From Gordius albopunctatus (taxonomy: Eukaryota): 64,000 bases of DNA. The notes beneath the pieces were generated by a model, which was given only the letters and a program-made list of their open reading frames with translations, did not search any database and had not been told where the DNA came from. The stretch spans positions 19,282,001 through 19,346,000 of the forward strand of contig OZ193909.1 of the NCBI GenBank assembly GCA_964276515.1. The letters run 5' to 3'. Below are positions 37,505 to 48,769 of the stretch, piece by piece. Numbering within the stretch: position 1 is the first letter of the stretch; every line of letters begins with the position of its first letter. The translations under genes and the position numbers were made by a program.

Positions 37505-39684
37505 ATGATTTATAATTCAACTCATCGCAACATATGGTATTGATCGCGATCCTATGTATCCCAGGTAGAGATGTAATGGGTGCGCAGGGGGTGGGGGGGG
37601 GGCGCTTCAAAGGATCTATTACAGTAATATTAAGATGTGCATAAAATAGCTACACACACATTGATAGTCTTCCCTTTTGTAGGTATTTAATGTTGGCGTG
37701 GTGAAAACCGACCACTAGTATATTCATTTGTCATAGAGACTCTGAGTGCCATTAGATATATGCTTAGGGGGTGTTAGATTGTTTTTATTGTCAATAAAAA
37801 GCTGTGTTATGTGCTCTGCAGTCATTTATAAATAACACACGTTTACAAATATTTAGTTTGTGATTCCTGCCAGTAGTCATAACAATAATTTTGATAAAGA
37901 ATTTTGCTCTAATTAATAACATGTCTTACATTTTTTCTAAACCTCCAGTTTTCTATATAAATGAGGTTGAAGATGCAAAAACCGGCTATTTTAATTTTTC
38001 TTAAGGCTCATACCCACTTCATTTTTAATTTAAACTGAAAAATATTAGTTTATTCTTAGATAGAAATTTTATCTATAAGTGCATTATTTTATTTTATTTG
38101 TTTCATCTATATATTTAAATTTATTTGCGCTTAAACCCCTTACTCTTATCAAAATTAGCCCCGCTATGTCCAAAACAGAGTACACTAGAGTATATACTAC
38201 ACACGCGATGTATCCCAACGCATCATTCTCTTCCTTTATTATTCTCTTTCACTCCCTGCCCCATATCTAGCAAAACACACATGAAGAGGCGGGAGTGAAG
38301 GAGAAAGAGGGGAGAGTAAGTAAAACGAGTAAATGATGAATTAGTAAATTTGCATTAAAAGTATGTACTTTGATGTACTCTATTTTCAAGTCATAGTGGA
38401 TCATATTTTTAATTATATAAGTTAAACAGTCGAAATCTGCCACTATATACCAATTTTTTTTGATAATTGTTTTTTCTCGCCCAATTTATTCATATAGAAT
38501 TATGTTTCATTACATAAATTACTATAGTCCATATTTTGGGGGTGAAAAACCTTTTTCAACAAAATATTTAAAACGAGTTGTTATTGATGCAAATTAACTA
38601 TAATATTTAAGAAAATTGGTACAAAATAACTAACACCAAATATTTGTTGAAGTAATATATATATATAATTAAAAAATAGGATATATTAGTAAGGTTTAGG
38701 AAATATTTTACAAATAATTTTTCATTGCATTAAAGGAAAAAGATTAAAAATTTTGTGCTTGAAAAGAGAAAATGTCGTGAGACAGCAGTTTTTGTTAACT
38801 TTTTTAAAAATCTTCATTCAGTTGCGAGTAAATTAAAAGCGGGGAAGGAAAAAGGGAGGGGAGTAAGTATGTGGTATGTATATTTGCCCTGAAGACGCCC
38901 AAGGGCTTAGTAAGTGCAATCTAAGGTTGAGCCCCTTCTTACGTCAAATGGCGCTTAAGGCCACGTTATTGATAACGTGTGTATTGTTCCTGTAACAAAT
39001 TTATTTATGTGTGCGTTATGGTTGATCATTAAACATTAGATTATGTGGAGAGATAAAGCCGACTTAGTGAAGACGAGAAATATGAGTTTCCGAAAAAATT
39101 TTCCATGATTTTCTATTATACATAATAGCTTGTAGCGAGGTCCAATCTTTATCGAGGGTTTGCATGTCGTGGAATACTTTGTATAACCAACTATTATTGC
39201 ACGTGCGGCTCCTTAATAGAAAAGGACGCCAAAACAAAGAAAATAATTAATTCCTTTCCTTTTGACCTGATGGGCTAAGAAGCCCCATTTTCTGGTTAAA
39301 ATTATATTCCTTATGGGAGCAATTTTGCACTCAATCCACAAATTTTCTTTGATATTTGTCATATATGATGTTGTATATGTGAATACGTATATTTGTATAT
39401 CATTTTCTACAGATTATATTTTTGCTATAATTATATATTTTAATATTGTAACCAAAATCCGAGTTGGTAATTAACATATGTTTTCATTGTTATCCTAATA
39501 ATAATATAATTTTTCTCTAGTTTCCCCACCCCGGCCTTAGTATCAATAAAATGATCTTATTATGAGTTGATTATTTCTAATTTTATTATATTATTTCATA
39601 TTTAAATAATATTATATTAGGGTAGAAAATTCTACAAATTATCCGCAGAATTTTATTCACGTTGACTTAAAGCTTTCTTGAGGT

Positions 39685-42330
39685 AAGTGCTTTTAAAGTC
39701 CAGGATTCACAACCGTATAACAGAACTGGTAGGATCATTCTTTGAAAATCCTGAGTTGCTTAGGAAGCGTCAAATGACGGGATCTTCATATGGCAGAACA
39801 AGAGTAAAATTTAACAAGGGTGCGTTGCAATTTAGACTCCAAATCTACTTCGGGATTGATGTCCGTTGTGAGTACTACTCCCGGATATCGAACTTTTTGA
39901 GATACATTAATAGGGTTGTTATTGATAACTACCTTGTCATTTGAGGAAACTTTTAATGTTATCATTGCGCATTTGTCGGCTTATAAAAGTCCAGCTTGCT
40001 TTGCCTGATCGGAGAATCTACACCATTTATTGGGCCTTCTTTATAGAGGTTACCACCAGCCATAAATGTCGTCAGCATAGATGAGCGACGATAGCATAGT
40101 CCCGTTTAACGCAATGCCATTGGAGACAAATATTGACCTTTTCCTTATCAGATTCATCACTATAATAAACTAGCAAAATTATTTATAATATTTAAAGGTA
40201 AATGTAATTAAATAATTCAACATAAATATTTGGTCGGATTAGTTATGTAACAGATGTTTGTTAAATACGATTGCCGTCCTTGACTCATAAAAAACCCCGA
40301 GCCTTGCCGACAGCTTGTATATGGTCATTCGGACTTAATAGGCTTTTCTTTAATTTTTATTTACTTTATTTTGGCGTAATATTTGTTTTGGCTTTGATAT
40401 TTAAAGGGAAAAAATATAGAGAATTTATTTAGTTGCTATTTGTGAATTTACAGTAAAAACTAAGTTTAAGCTAGAAGTGCTAAATGAATTTAATCTAAAT
40501 AGCGTAAAAGGATTATCTTTCTAAAAGATTCGAAATCTTAAATAAGTTTAAATTACAAATTATTTTATTGAAATTAAATTAATAATTGCCTTTTGTGAAT
40601 TTAAAATGATGCGCGCTGTATTAATTGTTAATGATTAAGTTTGTAGATGGTGTATTGGAAATAAAGAAATGAGTATTTAAAAATTTACAAAGTCATCCTC
40701 TCTATACGATTTATCCGTTTTCCTCAGAAAACCCATTAAATTCCAAGGTTGAGGAATTAAAGTAAGATTAAGTTATTAGGGGAAGGGGGTACTCGAGAGT
40801 TTTTTCGATCTATTTTTATTTCAGTGTAGCTATTGGGGAAAGCGGGTTATCGAGAGTATGTTTTTGGGGGGCATTAATTAGGGTTAATAAATAACCTATC
40901 AAAATTAATTTCGCGATAACAAATATTATTTTTTTAATTTGAAAAGGTGCATAACATTGAGAAATATGTATTTATTAAATTACTATTAAATAAAAAATAG
41001 GTAAAATAGCTGATATAAGATGGTACTCGGACTATGATATTTTCGAAATAGTTGAAGATTTTTTAAAGGGAATTTCCCATTTGGCGTTAAAGTAAAAAGC
41101 GTTTAGTAATAGCATTCTGTTTAAACTATTAGGTACAGGTGCAGATAAAACACGGTCAATTAAGCTGTTTGGTCAAGAACCCATGTATTTATGATATTTC
41201 TAGCTGCCAAAAAGTCATATTATCAATGGTATTAACAGGAACAATCAAAAGAGTCCAAAAAAAACGGAAAAAAAATTTCGATTCACAATTTGGCCAAAGA
41301 TCATTTTCCCCATCGGTCAGCAGCCAGCGGACGGCTAAAAAGTCATAATAGCAATGGTAATAACAGGAACAATCATAAAAATTGCATAGCAATTAATATA
41401 TATATATACCAATTTAAAAATGAAAAAAAATTTCGAACAAAATTTGGCCAATGGTCATTTTTTCAATGGTCAGTAGCCAGAATACGGTCAAAAAGTCATA
41501 TTATCAATGGTATTAACAAGAACAATATATTAATTTAATTTAAAAAAAATAAAAAATTTCGTACTCTCCGGGTCTCGAACCAGCAATTTAGAACGTTCGC
41601 CGGGATTCAAACACACATTAAATAGAGGCATAAGCCTTTGGAGGGGAACAGGGAACCATAAAATAGAGGCATAGGCCCTTGTAGGGGAGGGTATAGGGTA
41701 GTTATCAATGTTAAACTATTCAAAAACGAAAAATTAAAAATTTCGATTTATTTGGCCAGTGGTCATTTTTTTCATTGGTCAGTAGCCTGCGGACGGTCAA
41801 AAAGTCATATTATCGATGGCATTAACAAGAACAAAATATTAATTTAATTTAAAAAAAAATAAAAAATTTTGTCCTCTCCGGGTCCCGATCCCCAACCTGC
41901 AAGTCGGGAAGCTGGTGTAAATAACTTGGTGGACGACGGACGGACGACGGACAACAAAAAACGAGCCCATAAATTGCATAGCAATTAAAAGAAGACGGGA
42001 TAATGGACAGCCTTGCCTGACTCCCGTCGTGACCAAAATTGGGTTAGACATATGGTGAAGGTGGGAAACGACTATCTTCATGTCTTGGTAAATGAGAAAA
42101 ATCATTCTGATTAATTTTTTGGTATTCCTAGTAGACATTATGCCTCCCATATATATAGGTGATGAATAGAGTCGAATGCTTTGGAAATGTCTAAGAGCAC
42201 AAGGACTAAGGGGTTTCCACTAGTACTCGAAATATCCATTATATTTCTTAACGTGATGATATGCTTTAGAATGCGTTTAGGGAGGTGAGCAGTAAGAGCA
42301 AAGAATCTCTGACTCCAAAGAATTCCTCGG
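39685..42330 (-). mobile_element. Degenerate non-LTR (RTE-like) RT split in two (~42330-41987 and ~40169-39685)
   Basis: HIITLRNIMD...LDISKAFDSI...GVRQGCPLSRLL | FIIVMN...LIYADDI...ILPVLLYGCESWTL reads through once the ~1.8-kb insert is removed. Confidence 0.75.
41170..41987. repeat. Copy of a modular interspersed repeat (Helentron/HINE-like) ending GCCCATAAATTGCATAGCAATT
   Basis: Same modules recur at 55100-55470, 56800-58067 and 60457-60680. Confidence 0.7.
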
Positions 42331-42334
42331 CCGG

Positions 42335-43228
42335 GATGCAGGGTCCAAAACAAACGGAGGCCTATATAAGCCCTCCAAAGCCAAGCGCTACTCAAAAGGC
42401 TCGTCAGCCTTCTTTACTGAGCTCTTAGCAGCCAAAATCGTCTCCCCAGCGACTAGCTTATCCATCCGATCGGCCACTTTCTTTATAGCTAAGCCAAATG
42501 GGGATGCAAGAGTCATCACAGACCTCTCTGCAGCTTCAAAAAACTTTAAACCATAACCTATGAAGCTCGCCAACATACCACTAACGGCTAAACACCTAAC
42601 CTAGCAGCTTCCCGGTATGCAGCAAAAATCGACTTAAAGGCGGCCTTCTTTTCCGTCCCGATCCACCAAGCCACAAAGAAGTTCTTAGGCTGTGTATGGA
42701 AAAGAAAAGCGTACCAGTACAACGTCTTACCGATGGGTGCCTCCTTCTCACCCTTCGTTCTACAAATGGTCGTCAGCGACTTGACCAAGAAAGCAATCAA
42801 ACGGTCCAAGTATAATGTTTACCTTGAGGCCCTAGGAGTCCTTAACTACTTCTTTTGCAATCTCACTGGTATGTCTAAACTCTTTAGCAGTTTTTATAGC
42901 CTCACCAGAAACGATCCACCTTGGATCGACAGATGCCTATAAGCAGATAAACTATGCACCATTCTTAAGCTTACGCACAATACGATACCGCTCTACGTCA
43001 AGCCAACAACTACGGTCTATTTCAACGCCTCCGGCTCCTATATTTGACTCGTAGATGATAACGGTCCGTACTCCAACACCTTCCAAAACGCAGCAGCCAG
43101 CTTCGGTTGGCGATGGAGAGAACCCCATCACATAAAGTTAGCAGAAACCGTTGAGGTCCTATATGGGTATGTCCGCGCATACCTATCTGGTCACAATCAC
43201 CCTAAAATGGTCACAGATTCAGCCAATT
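42335..43228 (+). pseudogene. Hepadnavirus-like retroelement polymerase, copy 3 (stops, internal deletion removing the catalytic DD)
   Basis: NGGLYKP...FFTELLAAKIV...SATFFIAKPNGDARVITDLSAAS, IDLKAAFFSVPI, LPMGASFSPFVLQ, NVYL|EALGVLNYFF, TTVYFNAS, HIKLAET, PKMVTDS. Confidence 0.8.
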
Positions 43229-43244
43229 TTTCAATATCTGCTGT

Positions 43245-43392
43245 CATAGGTGTAGCCAAGGAGGGGCGGCCGCCCCTTCTAAATCCAAAAATTTTATTAA
43301 CATTATGGCTAAAATTTCAAAAAATGTTCATTTTGGCCCTCCCTGAATTATTTTTGCCCCCCCCTCTAATTCAAATGCTAGCTACGCCCATG
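43245..43392. mobile_element. hAT-type MITE, CATGGGCGTAGCC family (other copies ~7525-7690, 7760-7902, 34690-34828, 46832-47002, 55582-55840, 63261-63430)
   Basis: Ends CATAGGTGTAGCC / GCTACGCCCATG with near-perfect 8-bp TSD TCTGCTGT/TTTGCTGT. Confidence 0.75.
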
Positions 43393-43987
43393 TTTGCTGT
43401 GGAAACTTATACGGGTTTTTAATGGCTGTGAACTTATGGTTCTGTAAAATTTATATTGCTTTCGTAAAGAGACTAGTGACCGCTGATTGGCTTTAATTCT
43501 TTCGACCTCGCCAGAGCATAAGTTCCATTATTGTTTATAGACCCGACTGATTGCATTAATATTTATGACTTTAGGGCAGATAATTGCGTAACTGGTTCCA
43601 TAATTCCCTATTGCTTAATAACAATTTAAATCCCAGTTGATTATTTTTGTTAACTAAATATCAACCAATCTTATTGTGTACAAGGCGATATTGAGGATGA
43701 ATAAAAATTATGTAACTAAGGTTTATAAGGTTAAATTGCCTCTACCACCCAGTATCTAACTACTCACACCAATGTTTTTACCACCTTTGATGTGCATATT
43801 GCAATATTGATAACGGGACTTGTTTATAAGATTTTATTTATTACCTAAAAATGATATGTAAATACGTGAGATTTCTAATATATGCATTTTCGTAAAGGCT
43901 TTCATAAAGGCAAGGATAAAAAACAATAATCATACAAAAGTATTTGACAAAATATATTTAATGTGTATAAAATTTGTAATAAATATA

Positions 43988-45415
43988 TTATTTTAAATTT
44001 GGTCGTTTTGCATATGTTGTTTTAAAAATATTAGTTAACCATGAAGTATCTCTTGCACATAACCAAAAGAGTACAAAATTTAAATTGTATATAAATACTA
44101 AAGTAAAAGGAGCAATAAGCATCAAAATTTTGATGTTCCGGTTGAAAAAATTTGGACTTTTTTCAATGTGCTGGGCCCAATGTGAATTTCTGAGAAAATA
44201 CAAATTTAGGCAAAGAGTGTTGTAGATACAGAGTGACAATAATGCGTGCACTACTTTTCCCTGAATAAACAAAAAATTAATTATTTTATGTTAAAAAATA
44301 TAAATTTGAAAAAACCATATCATAATTTGAATAGCTAAGATTTGACAAATATCCTATTCAAATTATCCTGACCATAAATTAATTGAATTGCTTATACCAT
44401 TTTGGGGGGAACTTGATTTAATATCAAATAATATGAACTTTTTGTATTTTAAACAAATTTAAAAAATAGCTTAAAATTATTCTTTTATATTGAAGGGTAC
44501 ACCAAATTTAAAATTGATAACTTATATTTGGGTTATTTGTCATATTTTAATTATTTTAGCCTTTTAATTACTTCTTATCAACACAAATTGTTAATGATAA
44601 AACTCATAATTCATAATACATTACAAAACTAAAACATGCTTAGTAGTATGTATTTGCTAACTACAAATGACTTTAAAATTTAGTTTATTCATCAATGAAA
44701 CAATCAATATGATTACAAAATAATATAAATAATTACTAAATGATTTTTAGTGATAAAAATATACCAATTTTTTAATAAATATAATAATAAATTTAAAGAT
44801 TATTAAATATTTGATAAAATTTTACTGTTTTAATAAACTGATAGGGTGTATAATCAAAAAGGATTGACTTGGAATATCGCAGAAAAATTCCAAAGATCAC
44901 ATTGAATGTGGCAATTATTATAACAATAAGGCCCGAAAGGCCATGCCATGTTGTAAAATGTTTCTTACCAGCATTTTCTTTATTTATATAAATAACACCT
45001 AATCCAATTAGGCAACAAATCAACGCTAAGCTGTGATATAATCCATGGATAAATAATCTTAAATAATATTTTTTCATAGATATGTATTGTGAATAAGGTA
45101 AATATGTTAATCTCCAAAATGAACCACTTTGATTGTTCTTAAGAAACTTAGGAGATGTGCAATACATCTGATAAACGCCTTCAAGCATAAGAACTAAAAA
45201 CTAGAATATATTTATAATATAAAATACATTCACTCTTACTGCTAAACCCATCATTATAGGATGCCAAGTAAAAAAACCTAATTATATAATGAATTAATTA
45301 TTGAGTATTACTATAGTTCGGTAGAACGAGCCATAATATATAAACATAAAAAACAAGAGAAACTAATACCGTCATATAAAATATCGAAAATATTACATAT
45401 GATCAATAAATTTAA
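43988..45415 (-). CDS. Cytochrome b561 domain-containing protein (CYB561D2-like); exons ~45415-45312, 45277-45240, 45200-44826, 44260-43988; start codon not located
   Basis: SFFTWHPIMMGLA-FLVLMLEG, IHGLYH.LA, INKENAGKKHFTTWHGLSG, VHALLS: four haem-ligand His positions and several TM segments. Confidence 0.85.
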
Positions 45416-45887
45416 CTATTTGTCATTCAATTAGTTACTTCGTGGTAAAATTAAAATGCTAGTCGAGATAGTTTGCAAGCCGCATACAACATTGGCGTAA
45501 ATGAGGGGGAGGGAGACGGGAAACAGAATCCCCTCCCCCTGTTTTTTGGATAATTTTTTTTCCAATAGCTGTTTGTCACTAGTGTTGTGATGGGCGCGCT
45601 ATCTGTGCTGAGGGGGTATTGTAGTCTTATGAAAGACAACCACACCCACACTGTTAGTCTCCTTTTCTGGTGAAGACATTCAATGTGGGTGTGTTGAATG
45701 CTGACCATTAGCTAGTCTATTATTTCTCCATAGAGACCCGATGGACAATTAGATATATGCTAAGGGGGTCTAATAAGCTAGTTGTTATTGATATCATCAT
45801 CAACACGGTGTGTGCTGTTGTTGTGCCTGCAGTGAAGTTAAACTTGTTAATCTCTAAGCTATCCTATCTATTATATAAAGTTTAAAC

Positions 45888-47341
45888 CAGAGGTCAGATT
45901 TGTTGGGAATTTTCTGCCCGAACCCCGCCCGATTCAATTTTTTAACTTCATTGGCCGCCCGGACCCGCCCGAACCAATCCAAGTGTCCACAGGGGCCCGC
46001 CCGAATTGTTAAAGCTGCCCGAATTGCCCGGCACAAAATATTAAATTTGCCCGCTAGTCCCGAATTTATGAGGTCCCAAAAAAAGGTCGGAGTAGTTTTA
46101 ATTTTTCTTCCCGAGCCCGGCCCCTTCTAAATTTTTAACTAAATTGCCCGCCTGAACCCTTCTAAGTGTCGTCCCAGCCATGCCCAAACCATTAGAGCTG
46201 CCCGGCCTGATTAATAAAATTTTCCCGGTAGACCCGAAATTATCCAATCCCAAAATCTTTCAAATACTATTACAAAATAAGCATTAAATTAATGGCATAT
46301 TGATCCAAACAAAGATGACAATATTTTATTATTAATAATTATTATGTAAAAATAACAAATCGTCGACAATTTCCGGGATAATCTTGTGCGTCTTTCCTCT
46401 ATTAATCTTCCTGCGATAGAGAAACTTCTTTCACTAGCAGCACTCGTCGCCGGGATGGCAAAGAGTATTTTTGTAAACCTTGCTAATTTAGGATACCTAG
46501 AATGGTTATATTTTTTAATAACTTTAATGTGACTTGTTTGCTTTATTTTTCCACCATGTTTTTTTAGTTGTTAAGAAATTAAATGAATTACAATTATGCG
46601 CATTGTTAGAAAATGGCATGAGCCTTTGTTTTAAGTCTAGACGGCACACATGTGTAGTGTATTGCGAACAATGAAATGGCTTTGGCTACTACATAAATAT
46701 AAATAATCCAATCCTTTCTATAATGGAGTAGGGCAAAGATTTAACTGAACGCGATAAAAATGTAATAAAATAATTTACTACCAGAGAGTAAAATGGTTTC
46801 TTCCATAGTATTAGATTAGAGTAGCAGTTTACAGCGGCGTAGCCAGCATTAAAATTAGAGGGGGGCGATAATGATTTAGGGAGAGGCAAAATGACCATTT
46901 TTTGAAAATTTAGCCATAATTTTAATACATTTTAACAAATTTTTGAGTTTAGAGGGGGGCAACTGCCGCTTCCTGTTCCCCCCCCCCCCGTCTACGCCCA
47001 TGACAGTTTAAATTGTTGTGATTTTATTCTTTTATAATATAATCTGAAAGTTAAAAATTTTAGATCTTGAGATAAACCAGTTAAACTAATTTATTCGAAA
47101 TAAAATTTAATTTTGACGAAATTGAAATTAGGACATTATATAAACGTACAATGAAGATTTAAGCGATGAAAAAAAATCTAGTCTATGGTCCAAAATTGTT
47201 TATAAGCGAATTTTTCTTTTTTCAAGGAAAATTAATTTGATAAAATTTAGGGCATGCCCGAATTGCCCGAACCTTATCAGCGTGCCCGCCCGAGCCCGCC
47301 CGAAAATTAAAATTCAGCGGGCCGGGCATTTCTGGTCTCTC
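45888..47341 (-). mobile_element. Internally deleted hAT element with GCCCG-rich subterminal repeats (related pieces at 51440-51656, 35310-35410, ~63820-63905)
   Basis: Ends CAGAGGTCAGA / TCTGGTCTCTC; TSD GTTTAAAC/GTGTAAAC; minus strand ~46350-46500 encodes YPKLARFTKILFAIPATSAASERSFSIAGRLIEERRTRL; a MITE is nested at 46832-47002. Confidence 0.8.
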
Positions 47342-48454
47342 GTGTAAACTAATATTAGATTAAAGACTTTGCTAAGATAATACGAAACGATTACCGGACA
47401 GGACATTCAATTTTTATTATAACAATTAAGCCAGTGGCGTACGCAGGGTTGTATAATTTTTATTTTTTTTGGGGGGGGGGGGGGGGGGGTATAAGGGGAA
47501 GGGAGAGTTACAATATCAAATAAATTTTATCTAAGCTTTGTGTTTTTGTTATGCCCCTCCAAAAATATAATGTTCTTAAGCCCTTGTAATTTTTACACAA
47601 ATTATAAATTATTTTTATCTGTAATAAGTTAAAGCACAACAGACATTTTATTTTACAAAAAATATTTACCCATCTATTTAAACATACTCTATATTTTAAA
47701 TTAGCAGATGACAATTTATTTATTTTATTAGTCAGGGTATTGACGGCGGACGAGAATATTGTTTCGCTAGGGACTGATAGGGGCTTGTCCCAAATAATCC
47801 TATGTGGTATTTATTTTTTAAACTTTTATTTTTAACGCCAAATTATCCTTTTTTCATTTCCGATAAATTAATTGTAAATATTCGTCGCATAGGTTAGGCA
47901 ATGTAAAAATATAGAATCAAATAAACATTTATTAAGGGGGGGGGGGAAGCTGGCAAAAATTTTATTACATTCTATTTGTAATTAAAAATAAAAATTAAGC
48001 AACCAACAAGTCGAGCTTGCTGCTGGACCCAATCGGTTAGGGGGCGGGCAGGCTACCGTAGGAAAAATTGTTTTTATCCGATAAAATAGTTACAAAAAAA
48101 ATTAATTACGAAGATTTTATAACCCCCTCCTTCAAAAAATCCTTCTTATGTTTCTAGGTTTTTATAAGTGTCTTGAAGTATTTGATGTAACTAAACTATA
48201 ATATTTTAACCCATTTAATCTAATTATTTTTTTTTTAAAACTTTTCAGGAATTTCTCCCCCCCCCCTCAATTATGCCACTGTTTTATCCACAGTGTTGCT
48301 ATTTTATGTTAAAAAGAAGTAAATAGTACAAAGTACCCCCTCCCCCTCATGCCTTATTTGTTTCATCAATGTGATGGTTAATGTAACAAATGAAAATGGC
48401 ACATGTGGTGGCGGTTCTATTTTCTACAATTTAGGACCATGGGGGAGGGAATTA

Positions 48455-48769
48455 GTAAAAAAGGGACCTTACACTGGGCAAGCGCGTATTACGTACGAGG
48501 GACCTTTATAAGGGTGTGCCTTCTTAGTCTCTTTCTTCTCATTAAGGCATGGGTGTAAAATGACGCGCCGCATAACAACACTATTTGTCACACTAAGGTG
48601 GTCAGCCTCTTTAGATATTTGGATAAGGATTGATGCTCGGCTATCCAGGCCTGACAGCCGTGGTGACGATGTGATTTTTAATCTTTTTTGAAATAAGTGC
48701 CAGAAGCGGGATTGAACCTGCGAGCTCTTGCTTCAAAGACTAAACTTCTACCAACTACGCCACCATGCC
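48455..48769 (-). mobile_element. tRNA-derived SINE
   Basis: Head GGCATGGTGGCGTAGTTGGTAG...GGTTCAATCCCGC with Pol III A and B boxes but poor cloverleaf pairing, followed by a ~240-nt GC-richer body. Confidence 0.6.

Noticed and set aside
38886..38912. Hammerhead ribozyme core (CTGAAGA plus a short stem)
   Set aside because: The required GAAA segment and closing stems are absent.
48697..48769. Functional tRNA gene
   Set aside because: Acceptor and anticodon stems pair poorly; better explained as a SINE head.
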